A stretch of DNA of 64,000 nt from Candidatus Tokpelaia sp. JSC161 (GCA_003331105.1 QEND01000003.1:21540-85539), one strand, 5' to 3'. Positions 27,556 through 38,695 are shown, counted from the stretch's first letter. Notes: a model not told the origin generated them from the letters alone. Made by a program: numbers and translations.

Positions 27556-29274
27556 CTACGACGCTATTTCCGGTAAGCTGATAATAAAACGCGCACCCAG
27601 CCAACGACCTGAACCTACTTCATCAAGAATATTGGATGCTGTCAATGTTCCGCCATGAGCATTAATAATCTGCCGGCTTATAGAAAGCCCAAGACCAGAA
27701 TTTTGCCCAAAGGACTCTCGATCAGGACGATCTGTATAAAAACGTTCAAAAACACGTTCAATATTACCAGCGCGGATCCCCGGTCCGTTGTCTTCCACGA
27801 TAATCAAAATGCGACGATCACGCTTTTTTGCATAAATACGAATTTCACCTCCATGTGAGGGGATAAAAGAGCGGGCATTTTCAATCAAATTAGAAATCAC
27901 TTGCCAAAGCCGCAAATCATGGCCAGCAACAAGGTATTTTGTCTGATCATTCCGTCGTTCAATTTCAAGGCTTATATCAGCGACCACCTTGTTTTTTCGA
28001 ACTTCTCGTGCCGCGCGCACCAAATTTTCAAGTAAGATCTCAATATCTACAGCATCAGAAGCCTCGCGGGCAAGCTCTGCATCAAGCCGCGAAGCACCTG
28101 AAATATCAGTAATCAAACGGTCAAGTCGGCGCACATCATGATGAATCACATCTAATAAACGTTTGCGTGCCTCAGCTGTTTTAGCAAGTGGTAAGGCTTC
28201 TACTGCACTTCCAAGCGAAGTCAGAGGATTCTTTAATTCATGACTGACATCCGCTGCAAAACGCTCAATAGCCTCAATGCGAGCATATAATGCATCGGTC
28301 ATATCACGGATTGATCGAGATAAATTACCAATTTCATCCTGACGAAATGAATAATCAGGGATCTCAATACGCTTGTTTGTACCGTGCCAAATGCGATCAG
28401 CAGCAGCAGATAATCTACGAAGAGGAGTAGCAATTGTGGATGCAAGGAATAAGGAAAGGATAGACATGACTCCTGCAACAACAGCAAAAATTTTAAAACT
28501 GTTCTTACGTTCTCCACGAACAATATCATCAATATCAGAAGCAGTTGTTGACAGCAGTAAAACCCCAAGAACAGCATGATAACGCTGAATCGGCACCGCT
28601 ACAGAAACAACTAAGTCTCCTTGCCTATTTCGCCGTTGCGCAGTCGCTACAATACCATTAATTCCCTGAACAACCTCAGGGAACAATACAGCCTGAGTCT
28701 CAGGCTGCTGTTCGTTCTCCGGAAAAAAATCCTTGCTGTATAATTTTTTCAACCATTGGCCAAAAGCCTCAAACCAATGAGAGTTATCCTTCAATCCAGG
28801 TAAATTATAACTCAAAACCTGCCCGCTTGAATACAGTAAACGCGAATCAAGAAGAAGAGTAGCATCCATACTGTAAATACGAGCACGTGTTCTCGTCGGA
28901 GAAATCACACCTCGCAAAAGAGGGGATACACGCTCAGGATTAATGGCAAAATCAAAAATTTCATTTTTCTGAGCATGATGAGCAGGCTGTGAATCGATAA
29001 AACACTCAGGGTCCCCAGCAGCAGCAATAGCAGCAGCAATAATCTTACCTTGAGTTCTGAGACTCTCAATCTTCGCATCAACTAATCCATCGCGAAACTG
29101 ATGAAGATACAAAATTCCTAAAAAAAGCGCTCCCAAAGCTGCAAAATTAAGAATCACAATCCGCCGTTTTAAACTAGAAAATAAATGTTTGAACAGGCGC
29201 CGTAATGAAAGCTGTTGCTTTTTCCCTTCTAGCGCAACATCCTGCTCACTACTGTTATATTTTTTCGCCATCAT
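27556..29274 (-). CDS. chvG: Sensor histidine kinase ChvG (BatS in Bartonella)
   Basis: 572 aa with two TM segments, HAMP, FAADVSHELKNPLTS (H box) and GLGLSISRQII (G2 box). It lies immediately downstream of chvI. Confidence 0.85.
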   Translation of the reverse strand: MMAKKYNSSEQDVALEGKKQQLSLRRLFKHLFSSLKRRIVILNFAALGALFLGILYLHQFRDGLVDAKIESLRTQGKIIAAAIAAAGDPECFIDSQPAHHAQKNEIFDFAINPERVSPLLRGVISPTRTRARIYSMDATLLLDSRLLYSSGQVLSYNLPGLKDNSHWFEAFGQWLKKLYSKDFFPENEQQPETQAVLFPEVVQGINGIVATAQRRNRQGDLVVSVAVPIQRYHAVLGVLLLSTTASDIDDIVRGERKNSFKIFAVVAGVMSILSLFLASTIATPLRRLSAAADRIWHGTNKRIEIPDYSFRQDEIGNLSRSIRDMTDALYARIEAIERFAADVSHELKNPLTSLGSAVEALPLAKTAEARKRLLDVIHHDVRRLDRLITDISGASRLDAELAREASDAVDIEILLENLVRAAREVRKNKVVADISLEIERRNDQTKYLVAGHDLRLWQVISNLIENARSFIPSHGGEIRIYAKKRDRRILIIVEDNGPGIRAGNIERVFERFYTDRPDRESFGQNSGLGLSISRQIINAHGGTLTASNILDEVGSGRWLGARFIISLPEIAS

Positions 29275-29314
29275 TCGGCATACCCGACCATTCCTTACCT
29301 ACAGCGGACTCTCA

Positions 29315-30034
29315 TCATATTTCACGAAAACGATAACCAACACCATAAAGTGTTTCAATCATCTCAAAATTCTCATCAACCGCTTTAAACTTTTTACGCA
29401 AGCGTTTAATATGACTATCAATTGTACGATCATCAACATAAACCTGATCATCATAAGCCGCATCCATCAGTGCATCCCGGCTCTTTACAACACCAGGACG
29501 TTGAGCTAAAGCCTGTAAAATGAGAAACTCAGTCACAGTTAATGTGACGAAATCACCTTTCCAAGTACAAGTATGACGCTCTTGATCCATGACAAGTGCG
29601 CCACGTTCAAGGGATATCGCAATATGATTCACTGACTTTGGGGCTTCACGGGCAGCAGCACGTCGTAAAACGGCCTTCACTCGTTCGACCAACAATCTCT
29701 GGGAAAATGGCTTGGTTATAAAATCATCCGCACCCATTTTTAGTCCAAAAAGCTCATCGATCTCATCATCCCTCGATGTCAAAAAAATCACAGGTAAATC
29801 AGATTTTTGACGTAAGCGGCGTAATAACTCCATACCATCCATACGCGGCATTTTAATATCTAAAACAACTAAATGGGGCGCACGGCTTGTTAAGCCTTCA
29901 AGAGCGGAAGCTCCATCTGTATAAGTTTGTACCCGATACCCTTCAGCTTCAAGCACGATTGATAAAGACGTTAAAATATTGCGGTCATCGTCAACAAGTG
30001 CAATAGTCTGAGGAATAGTTGATGCATCTTTCAT
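29315..30034 (-). CDS. chvI: OmpR-family response regulator ChvI (BatR in Bartonella)
   Basis: [54 protein letters not shown].. and the winged-helix C-terminus ..TLYGVGYRF. Confidence 0.9.
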   Translation of the reverse strand: MKDASTIPQTIALVDDDRNILTSLSIVLEAEGYRVQTYTDGASALEGLTSRAPHLVVLDIKMPRMDGMELLRRLRQKSDLPVIFLTSRDDEIDELFGLKMGADDFITKPFSQRLLVERVKAVLRRAAAREAPKSVNHIAISLERGALVMDQERHTCTWKGDFVTLTVTEFLILQALAQRPGVVKSRDALMDAAYDDQVYVDDRTIDSHIKRLRKKFKAVDENFEMIETLYGVGYRFREI

Positions 30035-30123
30035 TCTTTAAACTCTTTTCTTTTTGCAATCTGTTCTGTTTTTTAAATAGACAGCTTTTCTCATTTGAAT
30101 GCCGATTTCAGTAAAATGACATC

Positions 30124-31614
30124 TTATAGCGTATCGCTGATTCCTGGATCATCTAGCACAATGGAAAAAAGAGATGGAGATGAAATTTGACTTCTCATGG
30201 GTTTTCCCACATTCAGGGGATCATATCCTGTTTCTTTCATTCTCCTCTGCGTATCATGTTCAGATTCATTCTGAACATAAGTTTCCTTGATAGCCTGCTT
30301 GACATTTCTTACCTGCTGCCTCCACTGACACACAGCAAGACGTCCTGTAATAGGAGACAAAGGCTGCCATTCTACAAGAGCTACGCTATCTGCAACCCAT
30401 GCCATATCCGCCTTTGCCCATACCGATCTGGAAAGCCATTGGCATATTCTGCTAGGATCGCCTGTTTGCGCTCTTTCAATCTGAGCTAAAAGATAAAATG
30501 TGCTCTCTGTATAATCGATGTCTGCGATACTCTCTGCATTCTGACGAGCGATTGCCAGCTCACCGACTTCCAGAGCCGCTCTCGCCACAAGCATTCGCGA
30601 CTCACGGTTTTCAGGATTGATACACGCTAACTGATGAGCACGTTCTAATTTATCACCACAAGCAGTTTCCGGTCCTATATAAGTGAATCCTAAATCAGGA
30701 TGAGGAGTCACTTTCCACATCTTTTCAATAAGCCTAGATCCTCTCGGTCTTTCCTGTAATCTGAATAAAATAGATGCTGCAATATTAATAGCAGGGACAA
30801 AAGAAGGTTGCAGCTTATACGCCTTCAGAGCAATGCGCCGCGCTTCATCAGGATAATTTTCAAACATATCCCTAGCCTGGCCTATCATTAAAACAACACG
30901 ATGATTTAAAAAATTTTCCTTTTTTAAACCCCATTTAGATTGAGTCTTACAAAATTTGTTCAACAAAAGAAGAGCCTGCTTCCATTCTCTGCTTCGAGCT
31001 AACATATCAAGACTCTTAAAAGTAGCCCATTTCAAACTAGGATTGAGACTTAAAGCCTCTTGTGCATATTGATATGCTTCTTCGACTGCATCTCTTTGCA
31101 GAGCATCAAGAAATAAACTCCTTAAACCGAAAAGGCGCGTATGCGGATTATTGAGCATGGATTCAAAAATATTAACCGCCCCTTTATGATCAAAGTTAAA
31201 CAACCTCAATTTTCCATCTAAGACAAGAAAAAGTGGATCACGATTATCCAAATTTTTTCTACTTCGATCTATCATACGCTGGGCCCCGGCCATATCCCCG
31301 GCAAAAGCAGAGACCAGTCCTATGGAAAGAGCTTCATATGCGCGCTCTCTATTTTTTCTCTTCCAGATACGACTGAAGATAACAGGTGATAAAAAAATAT
31401 TTTTTAATAGAGTCCACAGTAAAAGAATAAAAACAATAGAAAGAAAAAAAGCTAAAACAGCGGTTAACAGTGAGACACTCATACGAGTGTTCTGCACGGT
31501 TAGAACAAGATATCCTTGGGAGTCTTCGAGCCACACCAAACCGCGACTCATCAAAGCAATTAGCAAAAGATAAAGGAACAGGCGGAGCATACAAATATTG
31601 TCCTGTTTATTCAT
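30124..31614 (-). CDS. HemY-like membrane protein (HemY_N plus TPR repeats)
   Basis: 496 aa with two N-terminal TM helices followed by TPR-like repeats. It is last in the hemC-hemD-X-hemY arrangement. An alternative start is ATG 31590. Confidence 0.7.
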   Translation of the reverse strand: MNKQDNICMLRLFLYLLLIALMSRGLVWLEDSQGYLVLTVQNTRMSVSLLTAVLAFFLSIVFILLLWTLLKNIFLSPVIFSRIWKRKNRERAYEALSIGLVSAFAGDMAGAQRMIDRSRKNLDNRDPLFLVLDGKLRLFNFDHKGAVNIFESMLNNPHTRLFGLRSLFLDALQRDAVEEAYQYAQEALSLNPSLKWATFKSLDMLARSREWKQALLLLNKFCKTQSKWGLKKENFLNHRVVLMIGQARDMFENYPDEARRIALKAYKLQPSFVPAINIAASILFRLQERPRGSRLIEKMWKVTPHPDLGFTYIGPETACGDKLERAHQLACINPENRESRMLVARAALEVGELAIARQNAESIADIDYTESTFYLLAQIERAQTGDPSRICQWLSRSVWAKADMAWVADSVALVEWQPLSPITGRLAVCQWRQQVRNVKQAIKETYVQNESEHDTQRRMKETGYDPLNVGKPMRSQISSPSLFSIVLDDPGISDTL

Positions 31615-32743
31615 GCGAGCGTGATAAAATGACTTCAGCTATCAACTGAGAAAGAAGAGTATCTATCTTGTTACGCATATGAAGCTTTTTCATAAAATCA
31701 CTAGAAATGAGCTTTGCCTCATGAGGAAGCATCTTCCATTCCTTTTCGGCCTGTGCATACTCGCCACGAGTCATGGCCACTTCCATCCTAGCTGTAATCG
31801 CACTTGCTGTCTGTCCTTCAACTAAACCAACAGGCCTGACTGATACAAACGCGCGAACTTTATCCAATAATGTTGGGAATATACCACTAGAAACACTCTT
31901 TTCCAGGAGAGCAATCCTATCAGCAAGATTCGTAAAACCTATCGATAAATCAATAGAAGAAGGCAAGCCCTTATCAGCATTCTCTTTGAGAAACTCAAGA
32001 GGAAAATCAGAAGGTGCAACGGATTCAAAGATCAATAATTCATTTTTATACGAGCTACCACGATTCAGTGCGCTCTTCAACGCATTTGCTGCGATCAGCA
32101 AACTCATATCTCCAGAAATTTTCTTTCTCTTTTGCAAAAGTGAAGCCATCTTTCTTTCAGTACCGCGGACAAGCGATTGTACTGTAGAAAGATTTTTTTT
32201 AACTTCCTCGAAGTCTTTTAACCTCTGTTCAAGCACACGAATACGCTGTATCACAGTCCCTTTCTGAAATTCAACACCATTTTCAGAAAGAATGTTACGC
32301 ATTTCCTCTACAACGATACATGCAGCAGCAGCTTTTCTTTCTGCTTTCATAGCAAGATTAAAAATATCCGCAACATTTTTACGAAGTCCGCTCACCTCTC
32401 TTTCAAGAGAAGCCTTGCTTTGCAAAGAAGATATATTGTTAACTTGCTTCTTGAGAAGCCTCAATTCATTTTCAATGCTAGAGTCTGAAAAATTTGCCAC
32501 TCTTGCTGAAACAGCTGGAAGAAACCCTTCTCTCTGAAGAAAACTGACGCTCACCAACGCTGCAATCGCACCGAAAATACCAGATAAAATAAGAAAAAAG
32601 ACAGATCCTCTATTTCTCTGTTTTTCTTCTTGAGTCGATTCTACATTTATCGGGTCTCCATTTTTATCCGACAGAATTTCTTCTTCTGAAAAAAAAGAAG
32701 CTTTCTCTTCTCGTTTCCTCGAATCTTCCTGTTTTATCTTCAT
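31607..32743 (-). CDS. Mitofilin-domain protein (alpha-MIC60 homologue; often annotated HemX-like)
   Basis: ATG 32743 follows GAGGAG. One TM helix (VFFLILSGIFGAIAALVSVSF), a long charged coiled-coil-like middle, and the C-terminus ..VSVRPVGLVEGQTASAITARMEVAMTRGEYAQAEKEWKMLP... The ORF-track start at 32926 overlaps hemD. Confidence 0.65.
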   Translation of the reverse strand: MKIKQEDSRKREEKASFFSEEEILSDKNGDPINVESTQEEKQRNRGSVFFLILSGIFGAIAALVSVSFLQREGFLPAVSARVANFSDSSIENELRLLKKQVNNISSLQSKASLEREVSGLRKNVADIFNLAMKAERKAAAACIVVEEMRNILSENGVEFQKGTVIQRIRVLEQRLKDFEEVKKNLSTVQSLVRGTERKMASLLQKRKKISGDMSLLIAANALKSALNRGSSYKNELLIFESVAPSDFPLEFLKENADKGLPSSIDLSIGFTNLADRIALLEKSVSSGIFPTLLDKVRAFVSVRPVGLVEGQTASAITARMEVAMTRGEYAQAEKEWKMLPHEAKLISSDFMKKLHMRNKIDTLLSQLIAEVILSRSHE

Positions 32744-32783
32744 CTCCTCAGAAAGGAATTTGCAGGCGTAGAGATACCCAAAA

Positions 32784-33503
32784 CTAAGATCTTTTCCGTG
32801 ATAAATCCAATAAAGAAAAGAGCGCCTTCTCCGTTGGTTCGTCAGCACTGAATAGCTGCTGGCATCCAAACGCATGAGATACACTTTTAGCAATACGGGG
32901 CGAAAGACACAAGATCTTAGTTTCAAGCATCACAAAATTCGTACATGCTTCTAAAAAACAAGCAAGATTCGCAGAGGAATAAAGAAGAACAAAATCAATT
33001 GTTTTCGGAAATCCTTTTTTTTGTATCGAAGAAGGTGCTAAAATTTCTGTATCATAAACCTCAAGACTATCTATTCTCACTCCAAGCTTTTTACAAAAAT
33101 TTTCTAGCACCGGACGCCGTTTACGGCCTGCAAGGTAAATAAAATGTTTATGTCTCTTTTTCCTTTTCCCAATTTCAATGCAGAGTTCATCAACATTCTT
33201 TGCAACAATGATAATCGATGTAAAATGATGTTTATACGCTGCCTGCGCAGTACGTTGCCCAACACAGTACAATGGAAGCGTTAAAAGACGATGGAAACAA
33301 AATAACGGTTGTAAAAATGCGTTTGCACTTGTAGCAAGCACAGCATCATATTGTTCCTTGGAAAGGACCGCCGCATGCATAGGCTTTATTCTGCTAAGCG
33401 GAAGTATAAAAGGTTCAAAAAAACCGGAGGAGAATAATTGATTCGCTGTTCTGAGCGCGGCCGGATAGGGCCGGACAATTAAAACAGAGCAACGCGTAAA
33501 CAC
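32784..33503 (-). CDS. hemD: Uroporphyrinogen-III synthase
   Basis: GTG 33503 lies one nt after the hemC stop (TAAAGTG) and gives VFTRCSVLIVRPYPAA..., a HemD-like N-terminus. Position between hemC and the mitofilin/hemY genes supports the call. Sequence similarity is weak, as is usual for HemD. Confidence 0.7.
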   Translation of the reverse strand: MFTRCSVLIVRPYPAALRTANQLFSSGFFEPFILPLSRIKPMHAAVLSKEQYDAVLATSANAFLQPLFCFHRLLTLPLYCVGQRTAQAAYKHHFTSIIIVAKNVDELCIEIGKRKKRHKHFIYLAGRKRRPVLENFCKKLGVRIDSLEVYDTEILAPSSIQKKGFPKTIDFVLLYSSANLACFLEACTNFVMLETKILCLSPRIAKSVSHAFGCQQLFSADEPTEKALFSLLDLSRKRS

Positions 33504-33504
33504 T

Positions 33505-34434
33505 TTAAACCCACCCCTCAAAAAAAGCAAAGCCAGCGTCTTTTTTAAGCTGTTCTGCTGCCTGTTGACCAATGTCTTCTGCATCCTCAACAGAACCGTG
33601 CAAACGAAACTCATGAGAGATTCTGCCATCCTGCGTAATAATCATACTCATAAAATAAATGTCATCGCCACGAACACGTGCTAATCCTCCAAGTGGCGTG
33701 CAACACGAACCATCCAACCTAGACAGAAACATCCTTTCACAAGCCATTTCGTAATGAGTAGCAATATCGGCCAAAGGCCGAATAAAAGCGTCAATATTGC
33801 TATCGCTGACACGACTTTCTATAACAAGAGCTCCTTGCCCAGGAGCCGGAAGAAAAAATTCAGGCTCCAGAATTTCTGTCGCGACAGCCTGAAGGTGTAG
33901 CCGTCTCAGACCAGCAAGCGCGAGAAAGGTCCCATCCATCTTCGTCTCTTTTAAGCGACTCAGGCGAGTTCCGATATTCCCGCGGCAAGGAACAATCTTC
34001 AAATCAGGACGGATTTTACGGACAAGCGCTTTTCTGCGCTTTGAAGATGAACCGATGGTTGCCCCATATGGCAAATCACGAAGATGAGAGACTGCTTTAC
34101 CAATAAAAGCATCTCGCGGATCTTCGCGTTTCAGATAAACAGATAAATGCAACCCATCAGGCAAAACGGTTGGCATATCCTTAGTAGAATGAACAGCGAC
34201 ATCAATCCGCCCCTCCTTGAGAGCTATTTCTATTTCTCTCGTAAAAAGCCCTTTTCCACCAAATGCAGAAAGAGAAGCATTCATTATTCGATCCCCGGCT
34301 GTTGACATTGCTATGATTTCAAAAGCAGAAGATGGAAGGGTATGCATCTGCATCAAACGCGTACGAACCTCCTCGGCCTGAGCAAGTGCCAATGCACTAC
34401 TCCGAGTGCCAATCCTTAAAACAGGTATTTGCAT
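33505..34434 (-). CDS. hemC: Porphobilinogen deaminase (hydroxymethylbilane synthase)
   Basis: LRIGTRSSALALAQAEEV, GGKGLFTREIE and HSTKDMP. Confidence 0.92.
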   Translation of the reverse strand: MQIPVLRIGTRSSALALAQAEEVRTRLMQMHTLPSSAFEIIAMSTAGDRIMNASLSAFGGKGLFTREIEIALKEGRIDVAVHSTKDMPTVLPDGLHLSVYLKREDPRDAFIGKAVSHLRDLPYGATIGSSSKRRKALVRKIRPDLKIVPCRGNIGTRLSRLKETKMDGTFLALAGLRRLHLQAVATEILEPEFFLPAPGQGALVIESRVSDSNIDAFIRPLADIATHYEMACERMFLSRLDGSCCTPLGGLARVRGDDIYFMSMIITQDGRISHEFRLHGSVEDAEDIGQQAAEQLKKDAGFAFFEGWV

Positions 34435-34491
34435 AGGATTTTTTTCCGTGCTACGAATCTATTTTGTACAAATTACAAGGGTTAGCCTTAT

Positions 34492-35562
34492 ATGCGTGTT
34501 CTAGGAATAGAAACAAGTTGCGATGAGACAGCGGCCGCTATTGTTGAGCGTAATGATATGACAGGAAATGGCATGATCCTTTCTAATATCATATTAAGCC
34601 AAGCAAAGGATCATGCCCCTTACGGTGGAGTCGTTCCAGAAATTGCAGCTCGGGCCCATATTGAAATCCTTGACGAATTGATAAAAAAAGCGTTAGAAAA
34701 AGCGAACATCGCTATTCGAAACATTGACGCAGTAGCCGTAACCTCTGGGCCAGGCCTCATTGGTGGATTGATCGTTGGCCTCATGACTGCTAAAGCCATT
34801 GCGTTTGCAACGAAAAAACCTTTTATCGCTATTAATCATCTCGAAGGCCATGCCCTAACCGTACGGCTTACGAATCAATTACCTTTTCCGTATCTTCTCC
34901 TCCTTATCTCAGGTGGCCATACTCAAATGCTTATGGTCCAAGACCTTGGAAAATATAAATGTCTTGGGACAACTCTAGACGACGCGCTTGGTGAAACATT
35001 TGATAAAACCGCAAGATTACTTGGTCTCCCCTATCCTGGAGGACCCGCTTTAGAAAAAGCAGCTGCGAGCGGTAATCCCGATCGAATTCCACTCCCTCGC
35101 CCTCTTAAAGGAAAAAAGCTCGATTTCTCATTTTCTGGCCTCAAAACGGCAGTGCGAAAAGCAGCAATAGAACTATCTCCTCTGAAACAGCAGAATATCG
35201 CTGACATTTCCGCTGCCTTTCAAATGGCTATCACAGATATATTAGTTGATAAAGTCAGGCGCTCTCTTCCCCTATTTCGCGATGCATTTCCTGATATAGA
35301 AAACCCAGCTCTTGTCATAGCAGGTGGGGTTGCTGCGAACAAAGCCATTCGCTCTCACTTAGAAAAAGTCTGCAAAAAAGATGCCTTTCAATTCGTTGCG
35401 CCCCCTTTTGAATTATGCACAGACAATGCAGCAATGATCGCTTGGGCAGGAGCTGAACATCACGCCAGGGGAGAACAAAGCAAGATTGATATAGCACCAC
35501 GTTCTCGGTGGCCTCTCGATGAAAAAAACAGCTTTAAAGATTCTCAAGGAGCAAAAGCATGA
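34492..35562 (+). CDS. tsaD: tRNA N6-adenosine threonylcarbamoyltransferase
   Basis: [26 protein letters not shown] and LISGGHT. Confidence 0.92.
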   Translation: MRVLGIETSCDETAAAIVERNDMTGNGMILSNIILSQAKDHAPYGGVVPEIAARAHIEILDELIKKALEKANIAIRNIDAVAVTSGPGLIGGLIVGLMTAKAIAFATKKPFIAINHLEGHALTVRLTNQLPFPYLLLLISGGHTQMLMVQDLGKYKCLGTTLDDALGETFDKTARLLGLPYPGGPALEKAAASGNPDRIPLPRPLKGKKLDFSFSGLKTAVRKAAIELSPLKQQNIADISAAFQMAITDILVDKVRRSLPLFRDAFPDIENPALVIAGGVAANKAIRSHLEKVCKKDAFQFVAPPFELCTDNAAMIAWAGAEHHARGEQSKIDIAPRSRWPLDEKNSFKDSQGAKA

Positions 35563-36539
35563 AAGGATGTATTGCTATCCTTGGAGGAGGAGCCTGGGGA
35601 ACAGCTTTAGCTATCACCATGGCGCATGTGGGGTACAAGATCTCTCTTTACGTCAGGGATGACAATCATGCAGAAACTATCAATAGCACACGGACTAATA
35701 ATCGTTATTTACCAACAATCAGACTACCTCAGAGCATCCAAGCTACTTCTGACCCATATCAGGCATTCCAAAATGTAGATCTAGTCATGGCTGCGATCCC
35801 TGCACAAACCCTTTCCATCATTCTTAAATCCCTCATCTCATTTATTCCTCAGAAAATTCCATTGGTTCTTTGCTCTAAAGGAATAGAACGCTTGTCGGGA
35901 CGTTTTATGTCTGATATTGCAAAAGAGATATGTCCACAGAATCTCATTGCAACCCTTTCAGGTCCTGGATTTGCAGAAGAGGTTGCAAAAGGATTGCCAA
36001 CCGCGGTTACAATCGCAGCGCATAATCATCATCTTGCACACCGTCTAGCATACATGCTTTCAGGTCCTGTTTTTCGCTGTTATGCTTCAAGTGATATGAT
36101 GGGAGTGGAGCTTGGGGGATCACTGAAAAATGTACTTGCTCTAGCAGCCGGGATAACCGTAGGCCGTGGACTTGGTGCAAGTGCGCAAGCAGCTATTATA
36201 ACACGTGGATTCGCTGAAATACGGCGCATTGGTAAAGTTCTCGGTTGTCGAACCGAAACTATGACAGGACTTTCCGTTCTTGGAGATTTAATCCTTACCT
36301 GTTCATCACCACAATCACGCAATTATAGATATGGAACAGCGTTGGGCTCAGGACAAGAAACGGATGGATTCCCCCTGGCAGAAGGCGTAGCAACAGCACC
36401 TATCTCCGCGTTGATGTACGACAAATACAGCATTGATGCACCTATCATTCGTGCAGTCGCATCCATTCTTACTCAAGAAATAAAGGTCGACGATGCAATT
36501 GAAGCACTTATTAACCGTCCTCTTAAATTTGAGGATTAA
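35559..36539 (+). CDS. gpsA: NAD(P)H-dependent glycerol-3-phosphate dehydrogenase
   Basis: [26 protein letters not shown] and [14 protein letters not shown] overlap with the tsaD stop. Confidence 0.9.
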   Translation: MKGCIAILGGGAWGTALAITMAHVGYKISLYVRDDNHAETINSTRTNNRYLPTIRLPQSIQATSDPYQAFQNVDLVMAAIPAQTLSIILKSLISFIPQKIPLVLCSKGIERLSGRFMSDIAKEICPQNLIATLSGPGFAEEVAKGLPTAVTIAAHNHHLAHRLAYMLSGPVFRCYASSDMMGVELGGSLKNVLALAAGITVGRGLGASAQAAIITRGFAEIRRIGKVLGCRTETMTGLSVLGDLILTCSSPQSRNYRYGTALGSGQETDGFPLAEGVATAPISALMYDKYSIDAPIIRAVASILTQEIKVDDAIEALINRPLKFED

Positions 36540-36778
36540 AGAAATCTATCCAAGACGAGTCTCTTCCATAACTCAACAACGAATAGAAAGGAACTCCAAG
36601 CTAGAAAATCTTCATTGTCTCCACATGATCAGAATGATAGAAATTAAAAAACCTTGTCCTATAAGTTTACGAGAGAATCAAGAAAACTGCTCTTTTCTTC
36701 CTCTCTGACTTGCGTGAATATTTTTGCAGACAATCATAAGACAATTCACTTTACTTGAAAAAATCCCTTGGAGAAAAA

Positions 36779-37462
36779 ATGACAGGCCGTACAATTTTAA
36801 TCGTTGATGACGATGATGCTTTATGCTCTATTTTAGTAGAGCAGCTTCAAACATACAAAGAGTTCCACGTTCTTATTCAAAGTGATGCCAGCAGTGCCCT
36901 CCAAACCATCAAAAATGAAAACATTGACCTTGTAATCATGGATATTGGCCTCCCCGATATGGACGGGCGAGAAACAGTTAAAATTCTGAGACGCGATGGA
37001 TTCCGTGCACCGATTCTTATGCTAACCGGTCATGATACGGATTCTGACACGGTATTAGGACTGGAAGCAGGCGCCAATGATTATATTATCAAGCCATTCC
37101 GTTTTTCTATCCTGCTCGCTCGGATTCATGCGCAGCTGCGTCAATACGAACAAAGTGAGAATGCTACATTTCAAGTTGGCCCTTATATTTTTAAGCCTGG
37201 ACAGAAATTATTAATGGATAAAAAAGGCACAAAAATCCGATTAACAGAAAAAGAAGCTGCTATTATCAAATATCTTTACCGCGCAGGAGACACTATTATC
37301 AGTCGTGATACCTTACTTGAAGAGGTTTGGGGATATAATTCCGGTGTGACAACACATACTTTAGAAACACATGTTTACCGACTCCGTCAAAAAATGGAGC
37401 AAAATCCTTCTAATGCCCAAATTCTTGTAACAGAGAGCGGAGGATATAAACTGCTTCCTTAA
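36779..37462 (+). CDS. OmpR/PhoB-family response regulator, orphan (PetR-like)
   Basis: MTGRTILIVDDDD..DLVIMDIGLPDMDG..MLTGH.., winged helix ..GYNSGVTTHTLETHVYRLRQKME. ATG 36779 follows GGAGA. No kinase gene is adjacent. Confidence 0.8.
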   Translation: MTGRTILIVDDDDALCSILVEQLQTYKEFHVLIQSDASSALQTIKNENIDLVIMDIGLPDMDGRETVKILRRDGFRAPILMLTGHDTDSDTVLGLEAGANDYIIKPFRFSILLARIHAQLRQYEQSENATFQVGPYIFKPGQKLLMDKKGTKIRLTEKEAAIIKYLYRAGDTIISRDTLLEEVWGYNSGVTTHTLETHVYRLRQKMEQNPSNAQILVTESGGYKLLP

Positions 37463-37738
37463 CCGCCGCACGTCAATAAAAAAAACACTGAGTTCAAAAC
37501 CACATTTCATCATAACAGAAAGGAATGATGTTCCCTCTTTCATTTTAAAAAAAAAAGGATTGAATTCAGTCGAATTCATGACTGTAAAAAAGCTATTCCT
37601 GAAGATAGAAAACAATCTCTTTCTTGATATATTGAAAGAAAATTATTTTTTAGAATCTCTTCTTTTTAGCTTTAAAAACTATGACTTCATTCTCTTCTTA
37701 CTTTAGCTTCGCCTACATACATATAAGGGGAAATCAGT

Positions 37739-38695
37739 ATGCAGAAAAAGAAAACAGGACGTGGACGTATTTACAATTCTATCACAGAAACAGTCGGCGA
37801 GACACCTATTGTAAGGGCAAACAAGTTTGCAAAAACAACAGATATAAAAGGAAATCTTTTCCTTAAGCTCGAGTTTTTTAATCCGTTAGGAAGTGTCAAA
37901 GATCGTATAGGCACTGCATTAATTGAAGCTCTTGAAAAACATCATCAAGCGACACCCGGGAAAACAGTCCTTATTGAACCAACATCTGGAAATACAGGAA
38001 TTTCCCTCGCTTTTGTTGCTGCTGCAAAAGGGTATAGTCTCATTTTAACCATGCCAGAAACCATGTCCAGCGAAAGGCGTAAATTGTTAAAGCTTCTTGG
38101 AGCCGATCTGATTCTTACAGAGGGATCAAAGGGAATGAAAGGTGCCATTGCAAAAGCAGAAGAACTCGCAGAAAAGACTCCACATGCTATTATTCCACAA
38201 CAATTTGAGAATCTTGCTAATCCAGAAATTCATAGGAAAACAACAGCACAAGAAATCTGGAACGATATGAACGGAGAAATTGATGTGTTTATAGCTGGAG
38301 TCGGAACAGGTGGGACAATTACCGGAACAGGGCAAGTTCTCAAATCACTTAAATCAGACATCACTATTATTGCAGTAGAGCCACAAGAGTCCCCTGTTCT
38401 ATCAGGTGGCACATCCGGTTCACATAAAATTCAGGGAATAGGCGCCGGCTTCATCCCTAGAGTCCTAGATACAGACATCTATGATGAAGTCATAACAGTT
38501 TCCAATGAAGATGCCTTTAAAAATGCTAGGGCTATGGCCAAGACTGAAGGGATTCCAGTTGGCATCTCCTCCGGGGCAGCTCTTACCGCGGCCATTGAAG
38601 TCGGAAAAAGATTAGAAAATAACAAAAAAAACATTGTTGTTGTTATTCCATCCTTTGCCGAACGTTATTTCTCAACACCTCTCTTTGAAGACTAA
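37739..38695 (+). CDS. cysK: Cysteine synthase A (O-acetylserine sulfhydrylase)
   Basis: GETPIVR, NPLGSVKDRIG, EPTSGNTGI and GVGTGGTITG. Confidence 0.9.
   Translation: MQKKKTGRGRIYNSITETVGETPIVRANKFAKTTDIKGNLFLKLEFFNPLGSVKDRIGTALIEALEKHHQATPGKTVLIEPTSGNTGISLAFVAAAKGYSLILTMPETMSSERRKLLKLLGADLILTEGSKGMKGAIAKAEELAEKTPHAIIPQQFENLANPEIHRKTTAQEIWNDMNGEIDVFIAGVGTGGTITGTGQVLKSLKSDITIIAVEPQESPVLSGGTSGSHKIQGIGAGFIPRVLDTDIYDEVITVSNEDAFKNARAMAKTEGIPVGISSGAALTAAIEVGKRLENNKKNIVVVIPSFAERYFSTPLFED

Noticed and set aside
31773-32267. 164-aa plus-strand ORF antisense to the mitofilin-domain gene (also 32292-32537).
   Set aside because: Antisense shadow ORFs are common opposite coiled-coil, Glu/Lys/Leu-rich genes. 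No motifs were found, and it overlaps a gene with good family and synteny support.
37649-37668. TTTAGAA-TCTC-TTCTTTT upstream of cysK, resembling an Irr iron-control element (TTTAGAA-N3-TTCTAAA).
   Set aside because: The spacing and the second half-site do not match, and cysK is not an expected Irr target.
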